Source: Camelus ferus
Lineage: Eukaryota
Direction of reading: 5' to 3'
Assembly (NCBI RefSeq): GCF_009834535.1
Contig: NC_045697.1
Span: 89,902,001 to 89,966,000, forward strand
Length of the DNA: 64,000 nt
Position 1 is the stretch's first letter; every line of letters starts with the position of its first letter. This document shows, one piece after another, positions 51,950-64,000 of the stretch. Below the pieces are notes generated by a model. That model was not told the origin of the DNA. It saw only the letters and a program-made list of their open reading frames with translations, and did not search any database. A program made the translations under genes and the position numbers.

Positions 51950-52828
51950 TAGAAATTTTACCTTTGTCTCTAATATGAAAGTTAAAAAATACAAGTTTAA
52001 GAATAATTGAAATCACAAAAATTTGGTAACAGATGCGTAATACACAAAGAAGTAATTTTTGACTTCAAGAACTTACACAAGGCAGTGTGTGTGAGGGTGG
52101 CAAGGGTATAGAGTTTTTGTATATAATTAAGCTTAGATTGTTATTGAATTATAACAGATGTTTACAATTTTACAAGAAGATTTATACAAGTCTCAAGTAA
52201 CCATAAAGTTAAAACCATAGCTGATACCCAAAAGATAAAGAGAAAAGAATGAAACCAAACAACTAAAAAATCACGAAAAAACAAAATAAGACAGCAAAAG
52301 AAGAAAGAAATAAAAGAATTACAAAACAGAGAAAAAAATTTAACAAAATTGTAATAATAATTCCTCACTTATCAATAATCACTTTAAATGTAAGAGAATG
52401 AAACTTTCCAATCAAAAGGCATAGAATAGCTGAGTGAATATTAAAAAACAAAATCCAGTAAAATCCTGTCCATAAGAGACCCATTTTAGATACAAGGGTT
52501 CACATAGACTGAAAGTAATGGGATGGAAAAGATAATCCATATTAAATGGTAACCCAGAGTTAGTTATACTTATATAAGACAGACTTTAAGTCAAAACTAT
52601 CATGAAATAAACCATTATATAAAGATAAAGGGGTTAATTCAATAGGAAGGCACAATAATTTAAAAAATATATGCACCCAACATTAGAGCACTTAAATATA
52701 TAAACAAATATAAGGTCAGAAGAAATTAAGAACAATACAAAAATAGTAGGAGACTTTAAAAAAAAACCCACTTTCAATAATAGAACCCTGAGACCGAAAG
52801 TCGGTAAGGAAACAGCCAATTTGAACAT
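51950..52828 (+). mobile_element. L1 inter-ORF plus ORF2 endonuclease fragment
   Basis: CTTATCAATAATCACTTTAAATGTAA, ATATATGCACCCAACATTAGAGCAC (IYAPN) and ATAGTAGGAGACTTTAA (IVGDF). Confidence 0.85.
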
Positions 52829-55072
52829 TTAATGCACTAACCCGCCTCTCTGAATATCTTCAGGTACTTTTGATCTCTTTAATGAAAACATAGTAATTCT
52901 AGTATTCCTTTAAACTGTCAAGAAAGAAGCACAGAAAATAGAGAAATAGATAACATGAAAGAAACTAGGATGAGACAGACATTGACAGGATGAGGAAGGG
53001 AACAGGGATAGCTGAGTATATGCAGTTGTAGGATTTTAATATTTTTTAAGGAATTTACTAAATTTCTTGAATATTATTTGACTTCCTCTTCTTTGGTTTT
53101 GTTTATCATAAGACTGTGTTGCTGTATAGTGAGTATCTTTTGCTTAAAGCTTTCCATTTGTATTTCTTTTGGAAATTTCAGCTACCCAATTTCACTAGGT
53201 AGATAGATAGTATGGCTGGATACAGACTCATGAAATTGCAGAAATTTACTGACTCAGATTCCATGCTCCATGCCTTCTTGCATACCTGAGGATATGCCAC
53301 AGAACAAAGTCAGTAACACATGCATGAGAGTCTCAAGGACAGATGCTCAATGAGAAAAATTATTCAACATCCAAGCTCTTCACTGTGCCCTGAGGCACTG
53401 CTATAAAAGAGAGTGTTATGTGACTGATAAAAGAAATGGATCAGCAGGACTCCTTCAGCTGGGACACGTGGCATCAGGAGATGACTGTTTATTATTGTTC
53501 TGCTGAGCTCCTGACACTGTTTTCTGCTTTGCCTTGATAAATTTGATCTCTATAAATTCCAGATTTTTCCAATGAGCAAGGGTTTTCAAAACAAGCTAAC
53601 AAACAAACAAAAAACTGCTAGATACTTCTGTTGTGAGAAAATGCTGAGTGTTTTCAAATGATCTTGTCCTTAAGGGAAAACTGAACTGAGGGAATCTTCT
53701 ATAAATTATGTCATGGGGAAAAAATGAATTGTCAGGGAAAGATGTTTTTCTTGACTATCCCTTGCCCTATTAGGGTAGTGACAGAATTTTTTCTTGGTGG
53801 AATTACTTTCAGCATATGTGAGACACACAGTTATCTTTAGGGGAAATTTTGAATTATGCATTATTTTAGGGATAAAGGGGAGTTGATTAAAATTTTATTG
53901 AGGCTTCTAATTCTTTATAACTATAACATTACAAATATGAGTGATTCTTTAATAAGTGCATGTTTATATTAATAAGTGGGATCTCTTAAAGTTGCTCAAG
54001 ATTTAATATATGATTTTCTTCTTACAGCAATATCTAATTATTGCATTAAATGAAAACATCATATAAATATAAAACTGAATTATTATATATACCAGTTTCT
54101 ACTAAAACATTGTGCTTAATTTACAATTAATTTTTATTTTTGTAGCCAAAAGTTGGTGACACTGAATTGTATTCAAATTTAATATTCTCCCAAAGTATAT
54201 GGAGGTATTTCATACACCTTCTAGTAATCTTTTTTCCCATACATTTTATAAATTTTAATAAACTCTTTGCAATTAAAACAGTTTGAAAGATGAAATAAAT
54301 AACTTCAGTGAAAGAAAGTAGTCTCACAAATGAACAAAATAAAAATCAGAACATAGGAGGAAAACTTTGCCATCCAAATCAAACAAAACTAAATAAGAGA
54401 ACAAACAACTCTGGACCCAAGATGGTTCATAGTTCCCAAGTAGCCCCTAGACATCTCACAGAAAGTTACTGTTGATAATATATATACACATACTTAAAGC
54501 ATGACACTGAGTTTTTTTAAACTCCTGTGTTTCTAATTATTTTGAATTTCAAACTACTATACAAAATGATACTGGACCCATGGAATCAATTGAAAATTTT
54601 AAGTTTTCATCATATAATAATAATGTAAATTGTAGAATTCATGGAGTTCAACTTGTAATGAACAACTTCAAATAAGTGAATAGGCAAGCACATAATTTAG
54701 CCTGATATAGAAATAAAGTTTTTGCAAAGATGACAGAAACATATGGATATCATTATGGAGAATATCTATACTTAAACAATATGCTAAATAAATACTACAA
54801 AGTAATTTACATTTACTGATAAACATTTATACTTCAACTACAATTTCTAAATTATATCCAAAGTAAAATAATGTGAGCTCACAGCCCCAATGTGACAGGA
54901 ATTCATAGACTAACAGTAAAATATACAAAATCAAAGTTCAAATCAAAATAGTTTTTGACAGAACAGTATACTGTCATCTACAATCTCTTCGGTAGAACAT
55001 ATTTTTACTTTATAAGATAGGAAATATAGCAAAAGATATATGTATTATAGCTTCTTATACATATATATAAAA

Positions 55073-55080
<8 letters not shown>

Positions 55081-55116
<36 letters not shown>
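55081..55116 (+). repeat. (TG)18 microsatellite
   Basis: Directly visible. Confidence 0.97.
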
Positions 55117-55122
<6 letters not shown>

Positions 55123-55649
55123 CATGCTATTATTTACAGCACTTAACAAAGGCTTAACTCAGACATGCTTTCTTAATAAAACTTTAGATGCTAAAAGTAT
55201 GCTGTATTCAACTGGATAGAAATATGCCAAATATAGAAATTCTCTTAGCTCCATCCAATAGTTGGTTATTGTTAGATTTAACAAGGAAAATCTGCAATGT
55301 GACAATGTTTGAGATCATACATAATTTGTTTTTGTTGAATTAAGTAATTAAAGGAATATATCATTTTATTATTTATTACATGACAAATCTGGTGCCCAGA
55401 GACTCAACATTTAACACACTAGCATCCTTTTAAAGCTGCAATTACAATTGTTTAACTCCCATACCACAGAAAAAGAATTCAATGAAAATCTGGATTACAA
55501 CATTTCTGTTCCTTGAGATTTTTTCTATAATTTCCAGAAACTTTTAAATTTAATCAAAACAGTTATAAAACTCATAGTGAGAAAAAACTCTGAGGTTTTT
55601 TTGGTTGTTGTTGTTTTGTTTTTTAATGTATATTCTGAGTATTTTTAGC

Positions 55650-55880
55650 ATAGAAGTGTGATTACAAGAGTAATAACTTTAGTGTCACATAATCTGGGAC
55701 CAGATCTCACTTCCAAGTATTAGAAAGAAAGTTACTTAGTTAGGCTGAGGTTAATTTTACTATATGTAAAATGACTATAATGATATATGCCATGTCTCTT
55801 TTAGGACTTTTCTAAAAATCAGATAAACTGGTATTATGAAGACCTACATGAACTACCAATTAATAAATATGTTATTATTT
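55650..55880 (+). mobile_element. MIR SINE (degenerate)
   Basis: CTTTAGTGTCACATAATCTGGGACCAGATCTC ... AAGTTACTTAG ... TATGTAAAATG. Confidence 0.55.
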
Positions 55881-56292
55881 TGTTATCATATTCATTAAGA
55901 ATATAACAAATGGTTTATGTTATTGTAAATTCTGGTACTTATACATTTCAAAGGTTCACTTATTTCTGAAATTTTTAGTTCCTGGAGGCACAGATTAATG
56001 AAATTATTTTCCTAATATTATAATTATATTAGTAAAACTGCCCCTTAAAATTACAGTGTACTTGTTTTAAGTAAATGTTTTAATTCAGCATAGTAAAATA
56101 ATATTTACAATACTTTAATCATTTATAACTATTATTTTTCCATGTTATCACTCAGAATTTTCAGGTCATTTTTTATTAAAAAAGAAATAACATGAAATTT
56201 TATTATAATGTGCAGTTTATCAGTGTCATTTTTCTCTGCTAGGTCAATCTCCAATGTGATGTAAACCATAAAAGATAGAGAAATGTTTAGTC

Positions 56293-56535
56293 ATGGCTCT
56301 ACTATGACATATGATAGATTTTTTAATTTACATTTTTTGTTTGAATGGAGACCACTGCACATTAAGAAATTAACAATAGAACAGGTCTCTCATAGTGTAA
56401 ATCAAATCCTTTTCTATGGATCTATAATGACATAAAATACGTTTTTTAATTTACATTATTTGCTCATTTAGGGATTACACTCAGCTAAAAAACTAACAAT
56501 AAAACAGGACCCCTTGTAGAAGTAAATCAAATCCT
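56293..56535 (+). repeat. Diverged two-copy tandem repeat, period about 123 bp
   Basis: Shared blocks ATGACATA, TTTTTAATTTACATT, TAACAATA(G/A)AACAGG and GTAAATCAAATCCT. Confidence 0.85.
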
Positions 56536-56559
56536 CCCTTCAAGCTTCACAGAATTTCC

Positions 56560-59500
56560 ACAGCTGAAGGTATATTGAAAACAAGCTCACAATTCCAAAA
56601 TTATAAAACACCATAAGCAAAAGTCAGCAGGCAAAGCACCAGTAGAATTAGACCACCAAGTACATCCACTAGTAATCATCTGAGACAAAACTATAAAATA
56701 AGTATATTTTAAGTAATTAATGAAATACAATTATCAGTTTAAAATATAACAAAATATCTCATAAAAATATTAGAGAGATTTGAGGGTAAAATAGAAGCAT
56801 GTTTTAGAACATAGGGAGACAAATAAATAAAAAACAGGAAAGAAAGGTTAAATACCATCAGAGAGAGAATGAAGAAATCCAGCTTTTGAGTAATAGGATT
56901 TCTAAAATGAAAAACTAGACAGAATTTAGAGAGTAAAAATTTTAAAAAATAATGGTTGAGACATTAAAACATTTAAGGGACTGCTTAAATTCTTATTTCA
57001 TGAGGTGACAATTACTGAATGTAATAAGTGAGTAAGAATCTAAACCTAAATTTGCAGTAGTAAAAACTACAGAATCCCAAGAGAAAGAATAACTTTAAAG
57101 TAAGTAGAGAGAAAAGATAAATTACTAGGAAAGAATTATGAAAAATAAAATTACTTTGATAGGTTTTGCAAAAGAACAGTAGAAGCCAGAATAAAATGGA
57201 GTAAGCGATGAAAAATAATTTCCAATAATTAATATATGCCAAGAAAAATAATCAGTCAAGATGAGAATGAAATTAAGGTACTTTCAGGCAAACAAAAATT
57301 GAGACAATTTGCCATTAACATCTTGTTACTCATAGAACTACTAAAGAATTTATTTATGAATAAGGAACCAGAATAAAGATAGTATTAAAAAAGGAAAATT
57401 AAAAATTCATATTACTCATTATTATAAATATAAAAATCCAAAATGATTCAAATTTCATACTATATTGAAAAGCGATAATTAAAAAGTGACTAAGTTGTCT
57501 CTATCTTAGGAATACAAAGATTGGCTTTAGTTAAGAATTCTAGATATGGCCTTCACTATATTGACAGATTGAAGAAGGGAAACATGATTATCCCACTAAA
57601 TATAGTCAAGATTTTATAAATTAAATACTCATTTATGATAATAACTCTTAGTAAACTAACACAGAAATACTTTAAGTTAATAAACTTGATTAACCTATAA
57701 TAATATTACTCAAATTAAGGAACATTAGAAGCTATCTGATTAATTTAGAAATAAAAAGGGTATCTACACTCACCATTTCTAGTCAACATTGTTGCCTGCT
57801 GAAGGACTGAAGGGATAAAACTTCGTATCAGATAGAAACTCAAATCTACAAGAAAGAATAAAACAATAAAAAATGACAATTTTATGTACTAATATGAGAT
57901 ATACATTTTTCAATTTTTATTTTGTTAAAAAGAAAAATGACTGACTCAAAATTATAATGCTTTACTATATAATTTTTAACACAGATAAACCTAATATATA
58001 TGGTAACATATCAAAAAGGATAGGAGGGCATTTTAGATAAAATTAAACTGCTACAATCTTCCCATACTCTACATAAAGTAGTCCATTATCACTCCTCTGC
58101 AACCTCCTTAGAGCTTCCTGGGTGTAATCTGAAAATGACCCCCATATGCAAAAGGCTGAGAGAGACTGAAAAGAGAGGCAGACCACTCTAGATAGTAGGT
58201 GGCAGGTTTAATAAGCAAGGGAACTTAAATACTGAGGTTTGTTGTGGGGCCACAGGACACAAAATGAGTAGATCTCCACACTTACCTGCCAGAATTTTTA
58301 AAAGTTGATACAGACGCCTTAACTGGGTTCAATCACATATACCATCCACATGGTCTCAACACTACATTACTATCTCAAGCCTCTGTCCATGGGCAACATC
58401 CCACATGGGGAAGGCAAACAGAGCACACATTCCAAGGACAGAGAAGGAGATGAAAGGCTTCCTATTGCCCAGGTCCAGCTCAAAGGGCAACTAGCAGTCA
58501 TGTCCTTTCAATGACCTTCCCCAACAAATATAAATCCTAATTGAACTGTGATAACTTATGGATGCATTTTATAATTTCTAGAGAATATACTTAAATATAA
58601 AACAAAGAGTTAAAGCTAAAATAAAATGGAACATTTAAAACATTTAATTAATATAAATGAAGATAGAAAGGGATCAAAGGAACTAAAAATTAGACAAAAT
58701 AGAGAAAAATGGTAAAATGAGAAAGCTATATCCAACCATGTCAAAAATTACATTAAATATAAATAGATTAAGTTCTCCAAATAAAAAGCAGATTACCAGA
58801 CTGAATTAAAAAAGCAAGATCCAACTATATACTATGTGCCTTTCAATATAAAGGCACAAAGAAGTTGAAAATGAAAGGCTAGAAAAAGATAAACTATACA
58901 AACAGTAAACAGAAGAAATCTGGAGTGGCAATACAAACACAAATAAAAACAGACTTTATTCCAAAAAGTACCGTTAGAATTAAAAAGAATATTTCATAAT
59001 GACAGAAATGCAAAGTGCACATAATTACAATATGCAAACACACAAAAGAATGTAACTTTTTATTTCTACATACATATATGTGTGGAAGTGCAAGTAATTT
59101 TGACTGGTCATAGCATTTACGATAGTGTTCATCTCCAGGAGGAACAGAAAGAATGGTTCTTGAAGGATGGGCATATCAAAGGCTTCCACTTTATTTGTAA
59201 TGATTATTTGATGAATCAAAGAAGATCTGAGGCTAACAGAACTCCATTTTTATTTACTCCGTTGCTAAATCTCAAAAGCAATATTGAATTAAAAGAAATA
59301 AGCAAAATTTAAAAGGATACATGGAATATGATATAATTCATGTGAAATTATAAAACTTACAGAATAGTATATATGTACTCTTTATGAAATACACATATGA
59401 ACAAAAGTATGAAACATGTAGGAAGATAATGCCAAATCCCAAACAATGTTTCCCTCTAGACAGGATAAATTTTAGAGTAGGGAATGACACATGAGTAATT

Positions 59501-59640
59501 TCAAACATAAAATTAATTGGATTTTTGCTTTAAAATAATCTTTAAAAAGCAAATAGTGTACATAATTCAGATGTTAACAGCCTAGATAAAGACACATGAA
59601 TATTCATATTATTCTCTATATTTTTTCATTTGTTTGAATT
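56560..59640 (+). mobile_element. Old L1M (ORF1, inter-ORF, ORF2 start and 3' end fragments) interrupted by an LTR
   Basis: A-rich degenerate L1 (GAAATTAAGGTACTTTCAGGCAAACAAAAATTGAGACAATTTG; ATTACATTAAATATAAATAGATTAA...AAGCAAGATCCAACTATATACT). Confidence 0.75.
58098..58526 (-). mobile_element. Old ERV LTR (ERVL-like; left boundary uncertain)
   Basis: Higher-GC block ending CCCCAACA (TGTTGGGG on minus); an ATTAAA polyA signal on minus near 58210. It interrupts an L1 inter-ORF sequence. Confidence 0.65.
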
Positions 59641-60779
59641 TTGTGTGTGTGTGTGTGTATTTATATTAGAAAGAAGAGTGAAAACTAAGTCTTGTATTTC
59701 AGCTCTGTCAGGTCTTCATCAGGAATAATATAAGCTAAATGAACCATTATTTCCTAGCTTTTAGGAGACTTTGCATTTGTTTTACTAGCCTCATAATCAA
59801 ACAAAGCATAATTAACAGTGAGAGTAAAATATAAAAACTACTCTTCCAAGGTCCATCATTGCTCTAGGATAAAGGTTTTGATCATCTAATAATATAAGAC
59901 ATCTGTTTCTGGTTCCACTTTCTCTTACCATTAAAACCACTACTGTATCTAATGCCTGCCATTATTATCTTTAAAGTAATTACCACCTACAGGAAAATAC
60001 AAGAATGACTTCTCCAGCAAATAAATTAAGCAATGTCATTTAGATGTTTGCAAAGCAAAAATAGCTTGTTGGTCACTTCATACTATTAACTTATCCTGAT
60101 GGTAATAAAATAGTCACATTACAGGAAAGAAGAAATCTCAGAATCAACCATAATTGGATTAGATGAAAATCAAAGGTGCTGACAAATCAAGGAAGGCTCG
60201 ACTATAATATCACTAAATCATTCTACTTTTTTAATACAACATGTATTTTATTCTCCTTCTGCTATCTTATAATCTAGAGGTAAATGCTGAGGTCCTGATC
60301 TATAAGCAGTCACTAAGATAGATGGGATATTTATGACTTTCCTCAACTCCATTATCATTCTCTCTCCCTTTCTAATTAACTAAAAAACAGAATAGGATCA
60401 TAAGCGCCTGTATTATAAATTAGTTATTTCATGACCTGTAACTTGAAGATGGTGGTGGGTCCAAGGATGAATACACAGGTAAAAAATTACCAGGATGGAT
60501 CAGTTGAATTCATAAAACAAAATGTGTGAATATATGGACACTTTATCTCTTTATATGATAAAATATAATTTTGCCAGGAAGTATTTTTGAGTAAATATTT
60601 CACTAATATCCATTACTCAGTTAATAAATAAAAATATAAAATAAATTAAAAAGTAACAACACAGGCAAAGAAAAAGTTCTTGACTATAAACTGCCAGCTA
60701 TAATTACCAATTTGCTATGTATTCTTTTACTTCATTTTTACATACCAGTGTGCGGGTACATCGTTTGCTTCCAATTCTC

Positions 60780-61430
60780 TCCCTCTCTCTGCCCTCTCTC
60801 CCCCTTCCTATCTCCACACCCATAAGTGATATCATGGTGTGGATATCAGCCTGCAGTTTACAATTTTCACTACATAATATGTCTTGAAGACGTTCAGCTG
60901 TTAATAGTATTCCATATTTGGGTCATTTTTTGGACTATCTTGGTTATTCTTATGTTACACTATGATGAATAATTTTTAATTTTTTTTTTTTTGTACATAG
61001 ATCCTTAGGGATATAGAAAGTGTTTCTCCAGAGTAAACATGAAAAACATTACTGGGTCTTGAGATATGTGAATATTAAATTTGAATAGATACTGCCAAAT
61101 TACCCTCTAAAGTGACTATAATAAATTAGACCCCTACCAAAAGTGTATATAGCATCGCCCATTTCCCTATGTTATCAGAAATACTTGTTACTTATTTGTC
61201 TCTTTGTTTATTTATTTACCAAACTGAAAGATTAAAAAGATAAAACATGAATTTAATTTCCAGTGAGACCTCTTAAATTTGTTATTGGCATTTTGTACTT
61301 CTTATGTAAATAAACTGATCATATCTTTTGCTTATATTATATTACCTTGGGGTTTTTTTTTTCTTATTTTTTGCTTTGTTCTTTTAACTGCTTAAAAGGA
61401 AATTTGTATATATTGTGGATCTAATCTTTG
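60780..61430 (-). mobile_element. Old L1ME 3' region (continues after 61903)
   Basis: AAATTTGAATAGATACTGCCAAATTACCCTCTAAAGTG. Confidence 0.75.
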
Positions 61431-61439
61431 CCAGTTTTT

Positions 61440-61886
61440 TTTTTTTTTTTTGCTGCAAATGGTATTATTTTATTGTTTTTATGGCTGAGTAGTATTCCAT
61501 TGTATATATTATATACTGCAACTTCTTTTTTTTCCACATTTTTTTTGATTTATTATCATTTTACAATGTTGTGTCAAATTCCAGTGTAGAGCACATTTTT
61601 TCAGTTATACATGAACATATATATATTCATTGTCACATTTTCTTCTCTGTGAGCTACCATAAGATCTTGTATATATTTCCCTGTGCTATACAGTATAATC
61701 TTGTTTATCTATTCTACAATTTTAGTCTATCTCTTCCCACCCCCCCGCCCCCTTGGCAACCACAAGTTTGTATTCTATGTCTGTGAGTCTATTTCTGTTT
61801 TGTATTTATGCTTTGTTTGTTGTTTTTTTGTCTTTTAAGATTCCACATATGAGTGATCTCATATGTTATTTTTCTTTCTCTTTCTC
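61440..61886 (-). mobile_element. 5'-truncated young L1 3' end with an extra 3' segment (transduction)
   Basis: Matches the reverse complement of the ORF2 end and 3'UTR of the full-length L1 in this window. 17-bp TSD AATCTTTGCCAGTTTTT at 61423-61439 and 61887-61903. Confidence 0.93.
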
Positions 61887-62231
61887 AATCTTTGCCAGTT
61901 TTTAATGCATCGCCATACCATATTTCCAGTAATGCCATAATACTGTCAGTATTAACAATGCACATAATTTCTCCAAGTCTGTCATCTGTAATTTACCTTG
62001 TTCTAAATTCAAAAATGATTATGTAATAACATTTATCAGTATTTTCTTACTTTGAGAAGAAAATTGTCACTTGTTTAAGAATTTCCTTAGCACAGAGTCT
62101 AAAACATTTCTGCTTTATTTTCTTCAAAAATATTTTCAGTATCACTTACTCATTACCTTATTTATTTTTATATTTTTGTCTTTAATTCACCTAGTGTTTA
62201 TTTCTTGCAGGTATAAATGACTTGGAGTAAG

Positions 62232-62688
62232 TGTTAGGAGACAATTCTCCTTAAGTCGCTCATATCTGCATGTCATAATAACTGGAAAGGCAGTTACTGC
62301 CCTTTGTTCCAGACTATCTCCAAGGATGCTGGTACAGTGAGCAGTCTTGGCATAGGAGGGTAATTTTTCCTTCCTGGGCAAAGGACAAGCAGGTTTACTA
62401 CCAATTCTTTAAGAATAAGTTCCCTAGGAAAAAGATCCCTCTCTGCAATGCAACCCACTTTATAGCAAGTAGCTTCTGGCCCTCTTTGTGAAAATCTGTG
62501 GGATTTGAGCACTGGGGAATGGACAGAAAAATTATCACACTCTAGCCACTGTGAAAGCAGTGAGTAATAAAATATAATTAATCACTGATCTAAGTCTCAT
62601 TTCTTCTACAAGCATCCATGAAACTATAGCAGGCTAACATGTTAGCTTATATGCAGAGGGAAATTGCAGACCCTTCACAATTTTTGAG
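62232..62688 (+). mobile_element. LTR40-like ERVL LTR
   Basis: TGTTAGGAGACAATTCTCC ... CTTTGTTCCAGACTATCT ... AATAAAA ... GCATCCATGAAACT ... CAGACCCTTCACA. Confidence 0.75.
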
Positions 62689-63059
62689 GATTTAGAAATT
62701 AATTTTATGTTTTTCCAAATCAATATTAATTACTCAAAGTATTCTAGCCTTTTCCTCATGAGTTGAATGTCATCTTGATCCTGTGTTAAATTTCTTGAAC
62801 TATTTTATTCTTTTTAGTAGTATATCAGTTGATTCTCTTGAATCTTCTAGGTGAATTTGGAAGCAGTTTTTAGAATGGTGATAGAGACTAGAGAAACACA
62901 AGTTTACTTAATATCTGTTTAACTTCCATATTTTTCTCCTGGAAAGGCTAGAATAATCACATAAATATGACAATCAAAGGTCAAGATAAATGAGACTTGG
63001 ATAAAGCAATGTTAAGAATCTGAATAAGTTCTAGGTTCTTTTTTAAGGTACACTATATC

Positions 63060-63459
63060 CAGAGATAGGCTGGTAAAATTTAAACCCTCTCGAGTGAAAG
63101 ATGTGGGGGAAAGCTCTGATTAGCAGCATTTCCATTTACACAGTGTAAATACTCCCATCATGGCCAATTTCAAGCTGCCAACATGACATCACTGAAAACA
63201 GAGTTAGGGATAAATGAACAGTAGCACAGCAGAAGGTAGCATTACCTTGTGCCAGATACATTAGACATAAATAACCACAGAAACATATAGTAAAATAATT
63301 AAGAAACAATAATTTTTGCTTTTAATATGGTTTATTTTATTGTATATTTATATATTTATTTTTAATAGCAGCTATGTTTAACATTTGCTCACATATTCCT
63401 GAAAATGATAACAGTCAGCTCTCATGATCCAGAATGAACTGGCTCCAGAGTACCACTCA
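63060..63459. mobile_element. MER63-like hAT element
   Basis: GTAAATACTCCCATCATGGCCAATTTCAAGCTGCCAACATGACATCACTGAA ... AACTGGCTCCAGAGTACCACT. Confidence 0.75.
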
Positions 63460-64000
63460 TTGCCAAGGACATTGAAGACAGTGGATATAAAATCTCTAAG
63501 CCACCATCTGTGATCTTCTAGAGGGCATAGGGAACAGACGTAATGTCAGAAAAATGAATGAGAAGAGATTTAATTAATAATTCTAGAGTCAAATAAAATG
63601 CACACCTAAATCATGCAGTTTATGTTAATTTCATTTCCAAAACAGAAGAAAAATGAAAAAAATAGAGTAAGTTTTACTCTCAGTATATTATCCAACAGTT
63701 TGATCACATCTTTTTCCTAATTTCTGCTTCTAACAGGACATTGGTGAAAGGCTTTGGAAAACTGTAATGTAAATTTCAGTAACAACCCATTCTGCCTTGA
63801 TTACACAGATACTGCCTAATTTATTTTTATTTTAGGGGAATTAACATCCTTGTCTCTACCATGCTCCATTATTTGTTTTGATTCTGTCTTTGAAGATCTG
63901 AATGAGTTTAGATGAACAGTAATTGGTCAGCCACTGAGGCCAAGCATTAAAACTTCCAATTCAAGAAACAGTATTCTTGAGAAAGTTCTGAGCAAAGACA

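Noticed and set aside
51556..52828. Antisense L1 3' end plus sense EN fragment as a twin-priming product
   Set aside because: The pieces are kilobases apart in the L1 consensus and no TSD was found.
60434..60478. Apparent plus-strand exon ending CAG/GTAAAA
   Set aside because: It resembles a degenerate old L1 3' end.
63737..63920. Plus-strand acceptor-like sites near the window end
   Set aside because: Weak donors, early stops and no recognisable protein.
1..64000. Most short ORFs in the supplied track (60-125 aa)
   Set aside because: Low-complexity F/L/I/K-rich translations, often with TTG/GTG starts, lying in repeats or antisense to L1, with no recognisable domains.

Overview
This is AT-rich, repeat-dense placental-mammal genomic DNA (intronic or intergenic), not prokaryotic. 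The young L1 3' ends and the apparent absence of Alu, B1, Bov-tA, PRE or SINEC suggest a cetartiodactyl, most likely a camelid (inference from recalled consensus sequences). The dominant feature is a full-length, young but disabled LINE-1 (30842-37897, +). It has a CpG-rich 5'UTR, a frameshifted ORF1, an ORF2 with a deletion and frameshift but an intact 838-aa RT/C-terminal frame, and a 12-13 bp TSD. The rest is a mosaic of old L1M, L2, MIR, MaLR/ERV LTRs, DNA-transposon MITEs and microsatellites. No host protein-coding gene could be identified. The most unusual element is a gap-free 146-bp inverted repeat (42595-42740 and 42871-43016, 15 mismatches, 130-nt loop) in apparently non-repetitive sequence, a candidate long dsRNA hairpin. 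Also notable: a TSD-bounded L1 insertion with a 3' transduction (61423-61903), two old L1s with twin-priming-like inversion geometry, a young solo ERV LTR with a 4-bp TSD, and two perfect microsatellite-derived palindromes. Repeat subfamily names are from memory and old-repeat boundaries are approximate.
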